Shown here one piece after another: positions 1-12,493 of a stretch of 64,000 nt of DNA; position 1 is the stretch's first letter, and every line of letters starts with the position of its first letter. The stretch covers positions 6,071,812 to 6,135,811 of the forward strand of contig NC_092675.1 of NCBI RefSeq assembly GCF_964355755.1, in the 5' to 3' direction. Under the pieces are notes generated by a model. That model worked only from the letters and a program-made list of their open reading frames with translations, was not told the DNA's origin and made no database searches. A program made the position numbers and the translations under genes. The DNA is from Antedon mediterranea. Lineage: Eukaryota > Animalia > Echinodermata.

Positions 1-377
1 GACATGGTTGTCGAGGATAACAGGTATAAAAATAAATTAGACCACATAAAAAAAGTTATCGTCCTTATTTAAAAAAAAAAAAGTCGGAGAGAGGGGACGT
101 TTTTACACCTTTGTTGAGTGGAAGGATAAAATAAGGTTAGGCCGTTCCGCAACATGGGCTGCTACCCAATGTTTGGGTCGCAAAAAAAAATTGATGGGTC
201 GCGAAATTGTTTCCGATACTGAAACTTTTTATAACTTATAATAATACACTGATCTATATGTGAAATGTTCTCAGTTTTGATTACATCTACAGTTTTCCCT
301 ATGTTGACGTGCGGCGAGTCCACATTGGGAAGCGACGACGAGACAATGGACGCTTTAGACGCATAGTTCGTTGTTAA
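1..377 (+). CDS. Possible last two exons of an unidentified upstream gene
   Basis: Donor CAG|GTATAA at 23/24 and acceptor CTACAG at 292. The spliced sequence stays open in two frames (..DNSFPYVDVRRVHIGKRRRDNGRFRRIVRC* ending 377, or ..ITVFPMLTCGESTLGSDDETMDALDA*). AATAAA near 644. No homology recognised. Confidence 0.2.
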
Positions 378-765
378 ATGGGGAATCCCCTTTTAGGACG
401 TGGATTTAATAACCTACCAACTGGTTCTACGACGCTATTTTTTGTAGTTTGCAAAGGAAGGTAATTTGTGCATTGTTGATGTATTGGCAACAGGCTGCGA
501 GTGGCAAACTGCCTATATGGCCCACCAATTAATAGAGATTACTATAACGATAGTTATTATGTATTAATATGACGGTAGAAATCGCAAAGATAGCTTACCT
601 ATTTCCTAAATTAACTTAACTGTCTCAATATCTTAAGTTTCAAAATAAAATTAAAACAATATTTATTTCATTTAAAGAGTATTCGAACAGAACATTACAC
701 GTCACACAACAAAGTACATGACTGAGCCGCTGACAATAGTCTATTTATTTATTCATTTTATATAT

Positions 766-948
766 TTTATTCAATCGAAACCAACAGCGATAATTACCGC
801 CACTGGTTTGATACAAACGTACAAAGACAGGACTGTTTAAAGCACCTTGATTGGTCCTAACTCCCATCCAAGCTCCAACCAGGCCCAACGTTGCTTAACT
901 TCGGTGATCTGACAATAACCGGTGTTTCAACGTGGTAAAGCTGTATAC
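766..948 (-). mobile_element. 5S rRNA-derived head (about 88 nt) fused to a retroelement 3' tail
   Basis: Minus strand 948-861 reads GTATACAGCTTTACCACGTTGAAACACCGGTTATTGTCAGATCACCGAAGTTAAGCAACGTTGGGCC..GGATGGGAG (5S-like). 860-772 matches 62510-62421. Confidence 0.8.
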
Positions 949-1035
949 GTACTTCATATTATTACGTAATTCATCGTTACGTCATAAATATATTCATGAC
1001 CGTCAAAGCTGGTAACCTGTTTATATCCAAGATGA

Positions 1036-1300
1036 CCGGTTAGCTCAGGTGAGCAGCGTTGTGTTAACAACACGGATGATGGGTTCGATGGGTCATGGTG
1101 GAAAAGAGTTAAAGCTATATGCTACTGTGTTTGTGGTTCACAGAATAATACTTTCCCCTTTCCACCACACAAGCAAGTCAATGCATCTGGTGATGCCGTG
1201 GAAACGATACAATGTCTCTGCCACAGCATTGAGATCGTTTCCACTACATTACCAAATGTCGGGAGAGGACACTATGACAATAATACTGGGTCACTTACAT
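1036..1300 (+). mobile_element. Degenerate tRNA-derived SINE-like element with internal hairpin
   Basis: GACCGGTTAGCTCAGG (A-box-like) ..TGTGTTAACAACAC.. GGGTTCGAT (B-box-like); hairpin at 1184-1258. 3' boundary uncertain. Confidence 0.4.
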
Positions 1301-1679
1301 TTTTGTTCAGTCAGTGTTTTTTTTTCTGTAGATTCGATCCCTTGTAAATGACTACAATAAATGCATCAAATTATCTTACAAATCTTTGAAAATTCAGTTC
1401 TTGTTACTGTTTCAGTTAATGACAAGGGGAGCATATTCGGATGATGAGGAGACCAACAACTTCTCAATTTAACGTGGCCTTATGTAAATAATAGCACTAA
1501 CTGCATAATAATATTAAGCCTGTATCCGGTACTTATAATTAATATTTAGCCCAATTGAGTATAGCATTATGTATAAAGGTTATAATAAAATCTGATAAAA
1601 TAATTCAAGATTTGCCGGGAAGAGCCTGGGTAGAAAAAAGTCTCCGCTATTAATTTTCAATTTCATGATGAGAACACAA

Positions 1680-1847
1680 ACTGGTATAGCGCCATCTATC
1701 GAGCAGAACACATTCCAGTTAAATTTCAGCGCCTGTTTTTTGTCAACATTTTATTTTTAGAACGAACTTTGCAGACGTGTAGTATAGTAGGCCTCTAGCC
1801 TAGTCTAGCAGGTCTTACTTACTTTTTCAGTTGACAATTATGTGAGT
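1680..1847 (+). promoter_or_regulatory. Candidate SSX2IP promoter / non-coding first exon
   Basis: CTCF-like TAGCGCCATCTA 1687-1698, Inr-like TCAGTT 1827-1832 and donor GTGAGT at 1842, followed by the CTAG island. Linkage to the SSX2IP coding exons is inferred. Confidence 0.4.
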
Positions 1848-2562
1848 TTATACGATTTAATTTCAGAAATGTAGTTGCCCTAATATTTTATGCCTAGGAA
1901 GGATGCATGCATATAGGCTAGCCTACTAGTAGGCCTAGGCCTAGCTAGTCTAGCCTAGGTAGGCCTAGGCTAGGCTAGGCCTAGCTAGGCCTAGGCCCTA
2001 GGCCTAGGCCCTAGGCCTAGCCTAGGCTAGCCCTCCCCTAGCTAGCCTACCTACTAGGACCTAGGCCTACGCCTAGGCTAGGCAGGCCTACTACTAGGCC
2101 TAGTACTAGCCTACCTACTCTAGGCTAGACTAGGGTCTAGCTAGCTAGCCTAGAGTAGTAGTAGGGGGAGCCCCCAGGGCCAGGCCTAGCCTAGGCCTAG
2201 CTAGTAGCAAGGAATAATTTCGCCAGTGTAGCATAGCAAAAAGCTATACAAATCAACCTTTATTGCCACACATTTGTACAATTGAATACAAAAAAAAAAT
2301 ACAATACAAAACAAAACTAGCTAGGCCTATGTTTCTCGAATCAAAAATCAGTTTGATTAGCAATATATTGCTAAACAGAATTTCGAAATGAAATTTTTCC
2401 TGCTATAAAGGGGCCTTTTAGGCCTAGCCTAGGCCTACTACTAGCCTAGCTAGTAGGCTAGGCTTGAAGAGGCCTAGGCTAGCAGGGACCTATGCTAGGC
2501 TAAACTAGGCCTAGCTAGGCCCCTTAAGCCCAGCCGCCTAGGCTAGGCCCCCTAGGCCTAGT
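1785..2562. repeat. Low-complexity island of palindromic words (CTAG, AGGCCT, CCTAGG, GCTAGC)
   Basis: For example taggcctaggcctagctagtctagcctaggtaggcctaggctaggctaggcctagctaggcc. Aperiodic, GC-rich and almost CpG-free; densest at 1915-2210 and 2410-2560. Confidence 0.9.
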
Positions 2563-2992
2563 AAATGTATAATACTGGCTGTGCTAATGCACTTTCCAAA
2601 TTCATTCATTCACCTGTTTGTTATGGTGTAAGTGACCATGTTAAAGTCTTAAGTTATGCCCAAGCCCAGTTTTATTAGGTACGAAACTGCAGTAGCACCT
2701 AATGGTAGGCGCGCCTGGCCAGTAGGATAAATACAACTGCAGCCAATCAGCAGACTTTCAGTTAGAAAACAGGTTTTAACTTCATTGTGATGGGTCCTGG
2801 CTGGCAAATGTGAAAAAGAAAGCTTAGGCCCTACCCAAAACAAAATATTTTGGCTATTTTTACGACGTAAATGTAACCCAGCGATCGATAGTGCATAAGC
2901 AATCAACAAACGGCACAGGCCTGATATGATCGGACCTTATGTTCCTGCCCTCAAAAGCTAAAAAACATCCCTTTTGGCAAGTGGTGAGAAAA

Positions 2993-3339
2993 GATCTTCT
3001 TCTTCCAATTTAGTGCAAACTTCAGACTTGAAGACTATAGCACTTTTTGGTGGGATGTAGTGCGAGTGAGTTAGTTTAATTGAACAGTTTCTGTGTGTGA
3101 CAGTGGCTGTGTTTGTGTGGACTAGTACACCGGGATAGCCCCCTACTCGTCTCGAAAGATGTACTAGGTTTTTTGAAGTGCACATGAGCTATGTGTACAC
3201 TGGAAATACGGTTTATAGTCCTTATCCGAGAAGACTCGTTCTACCACCAGAACCATGGAGCGAGTGAGCCTCGAACCCTTGCCGATGTTATGGCTACGTA
3301 ATTACGGTTCCACTGTCTTAACCACTCGGCCACTCACTC
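2993..3339 (-). mobile_element. tRNA-derived SINE with Deu/Nin-like central domain
   Basis: Minus strand: GTGGCCGAGTGGTTAAG (A box), GGTTCGAGGC (B box), then TCGGATAAGGACTATAAACCG..TTTCGAGACGAGTAGGGGCTATCCCGGTGT resembling the Deu/Nin domain; (GAA)n tail. Confidence 0.7.
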
Positions 3340-4210
3340 ACTCGATGGTCAATAAAGAAGATTGTAAGTAAAGAAAAATAAATTGGCATTGATGCGTTTT
3401 GCAGCCCAGCACAGTCCACTCAGCCATCCGACTGGCTTTCAATGGAGCGATGTCATAACGTATATGAAACATCAATTGAGCATGCTCTGTTGACTAAACT
3501 ATTGACCATCATCAGGAAAAAATCCCTCTACTGTAGTTTTTATAAATAATGTGAAATGTTGGAGAATAACCTGTGACTTGCAGCCTGATTGGGCTAATAA
3601 CTGTCTTCTCCCCTAAGGTCCCTTCGTGTCTGTCGAGCGTAAGTAGTAAAATAGTAAAATGTTTCAATTCAAAATTATACAAACATTAGTTAAGCCCTTT
3701 TTTCTATTTTTTGATATTATTTCCAAGAAATTCAGATACAGTTATTATTCTTATAAATCTTCTAAATATAATGATATTCACAAAGGTCTAAATACAAGTC
3801 ATTTTAATTTTTCTTGCTAGTTTTATTGCGGATCACCAACAAAATGTCATATTTAATGAACCATGATAATAAACATATTGTTAATAATAATTCTTATATC
3901 TTTTGAATTCATTCAACCATGATGTTTGTTTACATTGGTAAACTTAGCAACCAACTTTTAAACAAAAGAATATTGTACCAATGCCGTGTTCTTTTTGCAC
4001 AATCTTCCAATAAAAGACGTTAGACATTTTGTTAACCCTTGATGTCATTGAAGTACAGGAAATCATACCAGTTTTAACAAGGACCAAATCATTTACACTG
4101 TTCCAAATTTGTCTACATTTTGTTAATTTCCCAAAGTTATTGACAACAGGCCACCATGGCAAACGGTGAGAATATTGTTTCAAATAGTACAGTTGTTTTA
4201 AACAAATTTA

Positions 4211-4440
4211 TGTATTTAAGTTTTAAGTATTTTAAAATTGTTTTGATATTTTTTGTACATTTCCCATTCTTGTATTGTATTCAGAATTTAGTGTGATTAG
4301 CAGTGACTAGATTTATAATGTAAAGTTATTTTCAACAAAATTACTGTATGTTTAAGTTTTAAGTATTTTAAAAGTGTTTTGATATTTTTGTACATTTCCC
4401 ATTCTTGTATTCAGAATTTAGTGTGATTAGCAGGACTGGT
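4211..4440 (+). repeat. Local direct duplication (about 100 bp x2)
   Basis: tttaagttttaagtattttaaaa..gtacatttcccattcttgtatt..cagaatttagtgtgattagcag occurs at about 4215 and about 4351. Confidence 0.9.
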
Positions 4441-5679
4441 TTTATTCACATAGAGATACCTATACTATGATATCTCTATGATTTATTACAAACATTGTAG
4501 CTAAAGTAGTTAATGGGCTAGTGGACCAGTACAAGATAATGGACAGACCAATTTAATTGTGATAGGTGGAGGTTAACAAGATAATATTAATATACCCTAT
4601 TAAAGTTCTTAACTGCCAACATTTCTGTAGAATTTATTTACAGATTTCACCCATACTTAAAAAATTTAAGATCAGTTTGTTGTCAATTTAGCATTAGACC
4701 GTTTAGTAACCAGCTTTATTGAAAATATTTGTTGAACATTAAAACAAAATAACGCATAGAGCTCATATTATTTTGTATTCATTGTACATACTTTGTCTGT
4801 TTCTTTTTGAGATACAGAATTAATTTACTTTTGTAGGCAGACTGTAATGAGTGAAAACCACACAGGAAAGTAAGGGGTTGAAATAGGCGTCTTTAAGATT
4901 TTTCAGTCGCCATGTTCAATAAAAAATTGTCGTACTATAAAAACAGCACCTCAAACCTTTCCCTTATTGGATGTTCTTTGTATTAAGTAACTATATACTA
5001 CTGTATATATGCTATTTTTTTAAAGTTATATTCCCAACAAATTAACCTATCTCATCACAGTATAGTTCATTCAAGCAGCTTTCATTTTTCAAGTAAAACC
5101 ACAATTGTGGGAAAAAATGTGATTGCTATTATTAGTTCAACGGAAATTGCTGTAAAACTATTTTTTTTGCTTTAATGATTTTTTGTACTAGAATATGAAT
5201 TGAATATTTTTTAGAAGAAATAATTAACTTTATCTAAACATGATAATGAATGGCGAGAAAATATTATGATGAGCTAAAAATCTATCATCTGAATAATGAT
5301 ATTTCACTATCTTATTAATATGTTAATGATTATTCAGTTTCCAGGTACAGGATATAAATTACTGTCAAAACTAATACTGTCAGACAAAAATTCATCGAAA
5401 ATAATCTTACTGTACATTATTATTATTGTTAAGAATAATCTTTAATGATTTTTTTTTTTATAGTATTTGTAGTTGATTCTCTTATAATGATGCTTTCCGG
5501 CGGTTGTTGGGACAACCCAGATTTGTTAGTGCGAGGAATTTGTTTGCGGAAAACAATATTCCATCATTTTATAAATATTTGAGGATTTCGACTTACCGAT
5601 TTCTTACAAGAATAATGAAAAGCGAAAACAGAATGTTAATTTTTGTATATATAAATATTTGTTGATGGCTTCAAACATG

Positions 5680-5805
5680 TACTACAAATGGAGAGAGGCA
5701 TTATATACAAATAGATTAAAGTTTTGGTCCTCTCTCCTTCATTTTTTTTTTGTGTAATGTATTATACCATATGGACAATTGTCTGAAATAAAAGTTGAAT
5801 TGAAT
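5680..5805 (+). mobile_element. LINE-type 3' tail fragment (second copy inverted at about 63310-63420)
   Basis: Shared ggtcctctctc..gtctgaaataa(a)agttgaattgaa ending. Confidence 0.5.
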
Positions 5806-6477
5806 AACTCTTAGCTTATTCTGAATATATTCTCCTACTACTATGTTTTAACATGTTACTATTTATTGAGAATTTAAAAAAAACCATTGAACATTGATAA
5901 GAAATAACTGTGGGACGGTGCGCTTTGTATTGCCTATTAGTAACGTACAATTTATACCAATAAATAACCTGTTTCTTTACACTATGAGCCTTTAATGCTT
6001 ACAAGTACTACAATTTTGTAATAACGAAATTAAATATAGTTTATTGATAATTAATAATATTAGTATTATTTAATAATAATAATAATGTAGGATTTGATTC
6101 CGACAGTAACATACATAGCCTTAATATCTAAAATTAAAAAATTCTGATGCAAAATCATTAACCACCTTACAGTAACTATTTAATAAGATTGTAAAATGTA
6201 ATTTACAGAAGTATTCAGAAATCAAGCTTATGTTGTTACATAAATATTGATTTAAAATTTAATTGATCTTTGACCTTTCACCTCTGAAATTATAGTAATT
6301 AAAGATGGACTTCCTGCAGAAAGTTTCTCAATGACAGGAAAGTGTCATACAGTAGTTACGTCTTGTCAGGCTAAAGTACTGAATGAATCACACAGGCTTC
6401 CTGACATGCACTGTGTGGGAGACACCAGCGCATTAAGTACATTTTATACTCTGTATTCCATTTAAAATAACATTAAG

Positions 6478-7595
6478 ACCGTGTTCGTACGGCGATTGAA
6501 ATACACGTTTATTTGGTTTTTACCCTTGGGGTAAAACCCATACGACGTTCGTACGAATAAACAAAGTACCGGTAAGCTGACACGAAACCAATTAAGATCG
6601 GAATTCTTAGGTCAAAAAGCGCCCTCTGTGCGTCGACCCATATCAATTGACATGGCGTGTTGACAAATTCAACTGGATATTGCATGTCGTTTCGCGCGCG
6701 AATCGTTCAATTATTATTTTTCAATCGACAACCAGACCTATATATTTATAATACATCGAATACAATTTACTTTTTAAATAAATAATGATCGAAAATCCTG
6801 CTAACGTATGTTGTTTGTTGACCACGTGTATTTATCGTGCGAGCCGAACTATTGTTGTGGAAATTCCATTTAATGTACACGCACTGTACCCCTCTTGTAA
6901 AAATCACCACGTGTATTTATCGTGCGAGCCGAACTATTGTTGTGGAAATTCCATTTAATGTACACGCACTGTACCCCTCTTGTAAAAATCACCACGTGTA
7001 TTTATCGTGCGAGCCGAACTATTGTTGTGAAAATTCCATTTAATGTACACGCACTGTACCCCTCTTGTAAAAATCACCACGTGTATTCATCGTGCGAGCC
7101 GAACTATTGTTGTAAAAATTCCATTTAACACGCACTGTACCCCTCTTATCGTGCGAGCCGAATGGTCGATGTGGTAATTCACAGACACCAGGCTACCACA
7201 ATACAGAACTCCCTGCCGTTACATGTACATTATAAGCCACCGATTCGCAAGTTCAGGTCACCGGAAAAAAACCAACGAGTTGATTATTTATATATAATTT
7301 TACAAAACAATAGATATACATTCGCATTAACGAAAAAGAACATTTTAAACAATAATTGTTAAACAATCAGAAAGCTTATTTGAGGTCGCGATTTGACATG
7401 ATCCCGTTAACGCTTGATTAATTATACCCCGAGGCAGCGTGTAATTGGAATGGGATTGAAATAACCAGTAAAGTTGGTGGATTTTTCGTCCAGATGGTTT
7501 TCTAATTTTTTATAGCCAGAGGCGTAAGTTAATTGCCACACGCGACCTCACAGTTGGAAGTACACGGTAGTTTCAGTCCCGTCCGAACGGGCCCT
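6478..7595. mobile_element. Non-autonomous DNA transposon (Harbinger-like) with imperfect TIRs and an internal minisatellite
   Basis: Left end TAA|GACCGTGTTCGTACGGCGATTGAAA versus right-end reverse complement TTA|GGGCCCGTTCGGACGGGACTGAAA. CpG-rich relative to the flanks; no transposase ORF. Confidence 0.55.
6821..7161 (+). repeat. 85-bp tandem repeat, about 4 copies
   Basis: Unit accacgtgtatttatcgtgcgagccgaactattgttgtggaaattccatttaatgtacacgcactgtacccctcttgtaaaaatc at 6821, 6906, 6991 and 7076 (last copy internally deleted). Confidence 0.97.
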
Positions 7596-10500
7596 AAGAT
7601 GTTATCATCACAGAGGATAACATTACTGAGATAATTAGAGGACAATAAATTTATTTATTCTTAATTGTGGGAAATATTATTACGTGGATATGGTTTTACT
7701 TCACTGGTTTAGGTAAGTTTTGTCATTTCGAAATATTATTGGTCACTTAGTTTTATCGAGTAATGTGTTTCACCTTGTAAGCATGACTATTCAAGAATAC
7801 ATATTTCTGACAGTGTTAATTGAATGAGTGTTGGGTCTTTAATTTGAGATTAACATACTGAGGAGTTTATCTAAAAAGACAAGACAATTTAATTGAATGT
7901 CTAGGCATTCGCTCAATCATCAACATATTCAGAACTTTCTATCTATTTCATTATAAAAGATTGTCCATACTACAGTAGTAAGTAGCTAGTAGGCAAACAT
8001 ACTAGTAGGACAACGTACAAATAAAACAACGTAAATAAATTGCTGCATTTCTAGAAATAAAAATTTAAAATAGTCCTATTGTCCCCATGAAAAATAATGT
8101 CCACAATTTGTTTAGTTGAATATACCAATGTAGATACTTGGACCAAAATTGAATAGAAAAAAAAACAGTATCAATTACTTAATAAAACGTAATTCGCTGT
8201 TCATGGAAAGTGAATAACTTTTAAACCTTTTATAGTTACAAAATTTTAAAACTACAAAGTTAAATTTTATTCATATATTTTTCATGTTTTGGGGACAATA
8301 CATATTTTAATTATTTAAATGATTATTATATGAAATTTGTCTGTTAAATTGTATTCCAACTCTTGATGAACTTGAAACTACCGTAGTTCCTATTTCAATT
8401 TAAGAATCCTGCTGCTTGCTATCAATTGTAAACATCTTAAGAACACTTGTCCCCAAGCCCCTGGGAATGTCACTCTGTCGTACATGTCCTGGATGTGTGA
8501 TCACCGATACTTTGTAGTGCAAAGCTACTGTATTTATAAAGTACAGTACAATATTCTTTAAAAATATAATCTTATAGATTTGTCCGCTATTGAAAAACTT
8601 CTTTAATGTTCACCTACAAAATGACCATGAAACACACAGGCAAATTGCAATTTAAAAAAAGTGATAATTTGTTTAATTTCGATGGAAATTGTGAATTGCT
8701 CTGGTGGATTGACACATTTCACGTGACAAGTCTACGTGTAATTTCCTCTCTATTAATATGGTCCGATGAAATCCCGCTGATGGATCAGCCTTGTACAGTA
8801 CTTATACTTACCGGTGCTGTACCTTTTAGTTTTATTTTATTTCAATTTTGCAATACTACACTTTAAATAATTTTATATAAGTAACATAAATAAGTACAGT
8901 AGTAACATAGTTAAGTAATTCTATCTAAACAACCGCTTGATACACTTTGTTACTGGATGAGTGTGTTCACTAAATTTACAAGTCTTTGAATATATTTCAT
9001 TAACAAGCTATATACTAATCAGGGCGTGGGGGAGGGTTTGATAGTTTGAACGTTTCCCCAACCCTCAAACCCTCCCACCCTCACTCCTTTTCCCTTTTTT
9101 TGATAAAGTGCCCTTGTCAAACTAGAGTGAATTTTCTTTGTCCTTTTGTGGAAGTAAAGAACTCCCTATAAAAATCCTGCTTACGAACTTTGATTAACGT
9201 TTCAAAATAGTAAAATGTGATTCCTAAAACAGAAGGTTAGAATTTTTTTTTTTTTTTCGATGATTAGCAAAAACCATATTTTGTACCTGTATTTCTATTA
9301 TAAATGTTGTTCTAATGTGTAGGAAAATCCGTCCAATTGAGTCCCATGAATGTGGTTCTGACCCATCCCAAAGGTCAGATTATTTTACATAAAGGTTTTA
9401 GTAATGTGAATGTATTGTAAGAACTTTTTAGTTAGGAATGCCTGGTTGTATACTGTACTGTAGGTTTCATTGTTTGTATTGACAGTATTCAAGGAGATTA
9501 TCTCTGCTCTTTATTGTCCAATTTGATAGGGTATTTTTTTTGCCAAATAATACTGGGTGATAATTTATAGAGTATGTACAATGTTACAGCTATCAGTAAA
9601 GTATGATCTGGTAATAGGCTTGGTTTGCTCCTACTGTAAGTAGTCAATCTTTTAGCATTTGTATTAGGAACACTCAATTTACGACTAACACATAGTTTTT
9701 ACCACCCTGAGAGATTTGAAATGTGTGACACCAAGTATTCGAGCCACATGCCCCCAATTGTGTGGGGCCTGGGGCAAAGCAAATTTAGTTTAATGACACC
9801 AGTAGATGGCTGGATATGGTACTCTCGCACGTAAAATTCATAAATGACACCTCTAGGTGACTGAGCGCGATAGCAATCAACCTACAAATAAAAAAATGCA
9901 ATCACATGTGTTTGTTTAAAATGTGTGTATCCTTAAAAATCACTTTGAAATGCGGGACTGTCATGCACGGTGGGTAACTAAGTTGGTAACTAACCCTGCG
10001 TACTAACATCAACACACTTTGGCTAGCCAATTTGTTAATTAGGCAAGAATTAGATCCCGCCCTCTGGCACTCTTTCCATTCCGAAGCTTATTTAAATCCT
10101 ATGATCTGTATCTTCAATATGGGCTGAAACATTAACCGCCCCCTGTCGCATTTTCCCAATTTTACATTTTCCTCAACTTCAAATAATAAGTGTCGTGTTT
10201 TTAATTAAGATTCTGTATACATCCGTATGGGAACCTTTATGTTTGAAATATAGAACAGTTTTACTCAAAAGTAAAATTGATACCATTTACGTATAATTAT
10301 ACCATTGAGCTAAAATACCACGCATTAATTCTACACCATCTTGCTCACCTTACACAATGTGTTACAGTGTGTATCAACCTGGATGTTTTCATCAAGTGCG
10401 CTGAAGCGTGCAAAAGCATTCTGCATCTATTTACTCAGCTAATTTATACAATAGTGATACAGTATTTAATTAATTTTGCATGAAATTATTATGTCTGATT

Positions 10501-12319
10501 ACCATCTAGATATGTAGATTTACTTTTTAATCAATTTTCAAATACTGTAGGAGTTGTGTGTAGTTTTAGTTAGTTGATTTACATTTGAAATATTAAGGCA
10601 AGATTTAAGTTTGGTTACATAATGTGTAAGTATTATTTTTACTTTTTTACCTAAGCAAGTTAATTATAATTAAAGTTTGAAATAGGTATGACCGAATAGT
10701 ACTGTTAGTAATCAAGTATTGATTTTTATAGACATCATGATCTGTAAAGTTCATATTGTTTGTGTTTGGACTTTACAATCCATAAAAAAGTGTCGATAAT
10801 CTGATGAAATATTGTTGTGTGTTGGCATGTATAGTATTTTAAAAAGTAATAATTTATGTGCTCTGTAGCATTAATCGTCAAGAGTGCAGTGCATTATTGC
10901 ATAATTTTATGTATGCATGGACTTAGTCGCCCATCTGAGGGTGTAGCTCACGGACAATACCACTGTCTTGGATGGGTACTCTAGGTTTTTATTAAGTTTA
11001 AGCTCTGTATACACTATCAAACTTTACGTGACAAAAAGAGACATCACATTTTGTTTTCACATAAAGTTTTATATTGTAGAGACCTTTTGTAGAGACACCA
11101 CTATTGATTTGTGTAATTTAGTAGTATGTAAGTACTAGATGTATTAACATGCAAAACAGGTCCTAATATCGTGTCCAAGTGTAAGTAATGTGTTGGTTTG
11201 ATATCATTTTCAAATGCAACATAAATTAAGTCCTGATATCGTGTATAAATGCAATACTATCCAGATATTGTACAAAATACAATAAATGGAGTTTGTATTA
11301 TCTTTTCATCATCATCATGCTACAGTGAAAATTAATAATGAAAACGATGTTTTAAAAATTACAAATGACCTTTTGACCTCAACATGCTTTCCTATAAAAG
11401 TGGACACTCAAATGAAAGTCATTCAAATGGCACCAAATTAAATTAAGAATTCTTTGTTTTCATTTGTACATAATAATCAATTTGTGCATCAATGTCAAAT
11501 TGTACAATACATGACTCTCATCAATGCACACTTAAAGCAAACTAGAAAAGTCCTAGTAGTTTTGCTTTTTGAAAATGTCAAAGCTATTATGTTGCACGTT
11601 GTCATTTAAAAAAAACTAAAGTAGGTATATTTTAGTTTAACAAAGGTACTTGATAATTGAGACTGAGATGTGCCAATTTTTATAGTATTAATTAAAATAC
11701 CGAAGTATGTTGCTTTCTACTACTAGTGATGAGTAGTAAACCTTTGCTAGTGGAAGAACTCCTAAGGATTGCGTACAGTAATTAGTGGATTCGGAGCGCA
11801 TCCTACAAAGATAATTCATTTTTAATAATAGTAAATTTCCTTTCGTACAGTTACAGTTGGTTTGTTGAAATCCGGTTTACTGTCAAAGTAAACACACTGA
11901 CTATACACAATGGTAGAAATTAATTACATCAAGTGTGTTGTCAATAATTATTATGATAATCAATATTGGTTTGCCATACTAACACCTGGTTTAAAACAGA
12001 TCATTGCATTTTGTACACAAACGTACCAGAGTACTACTGTAACACTGAGCAGTATTGTCAGTGAAGTATAAATGCCTCATTTCTTTTTTTAATGATGTGT
12101 AAATCTGTCAGTGTCTATTGCACAGCATGTTCCTAGTGGTTGTCTACTGTATCCAGATCTAGTTTGGAAGCAGAATAATCTTTATACAAGTTATATTATT
12201 CAAGACTTAAGCCTAAAAGTAGAATTGCATCTTGCATGAATTGCGAACATTTGTGGACATGACTACACATTTGAAATGTTATTTAAAACAAAGTGAGTTT
12301 TTGTTTGTATTGCTAATAT

Positions 12320-12493
12320 TAAGCTCTGTCTACACTATCAAACTAGTTTGACAAAAAAGTGTGATGTGCCCAAATGTGGTACGGTAGTGATATATATTCC
12401 CAAATATGGTGGTAGTAATATGACACCACCATGTCCATATGGGCACATCCCATTTTGTTGTCACATGAAGTTTGATAGTGTAGACAAGGTATT
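12320..12493. mobile_element. MITE family A (about 160 bp, TIR AGCTCTGTCTACACTATCAAAC, TTA/TAA flanks; PIF/Harbinger-like), representative copy
   Basis: About 16 full or partial copies, at approx. 10999, 12320, 14139, 14809, 22921, 24439, 26779, 26880, 30760, 36338, 47100, 49821, 55311, 56749, 57485, 59373. Internal motif atatcactaccatatttgggc. Confidence 0.9.

Noticed and set aside
6837-7128. Two near-identical 68-aa ORFs as duplicated genes
   Set aside because: They are translations of the 85-bp tandem repeat starting at GTG.
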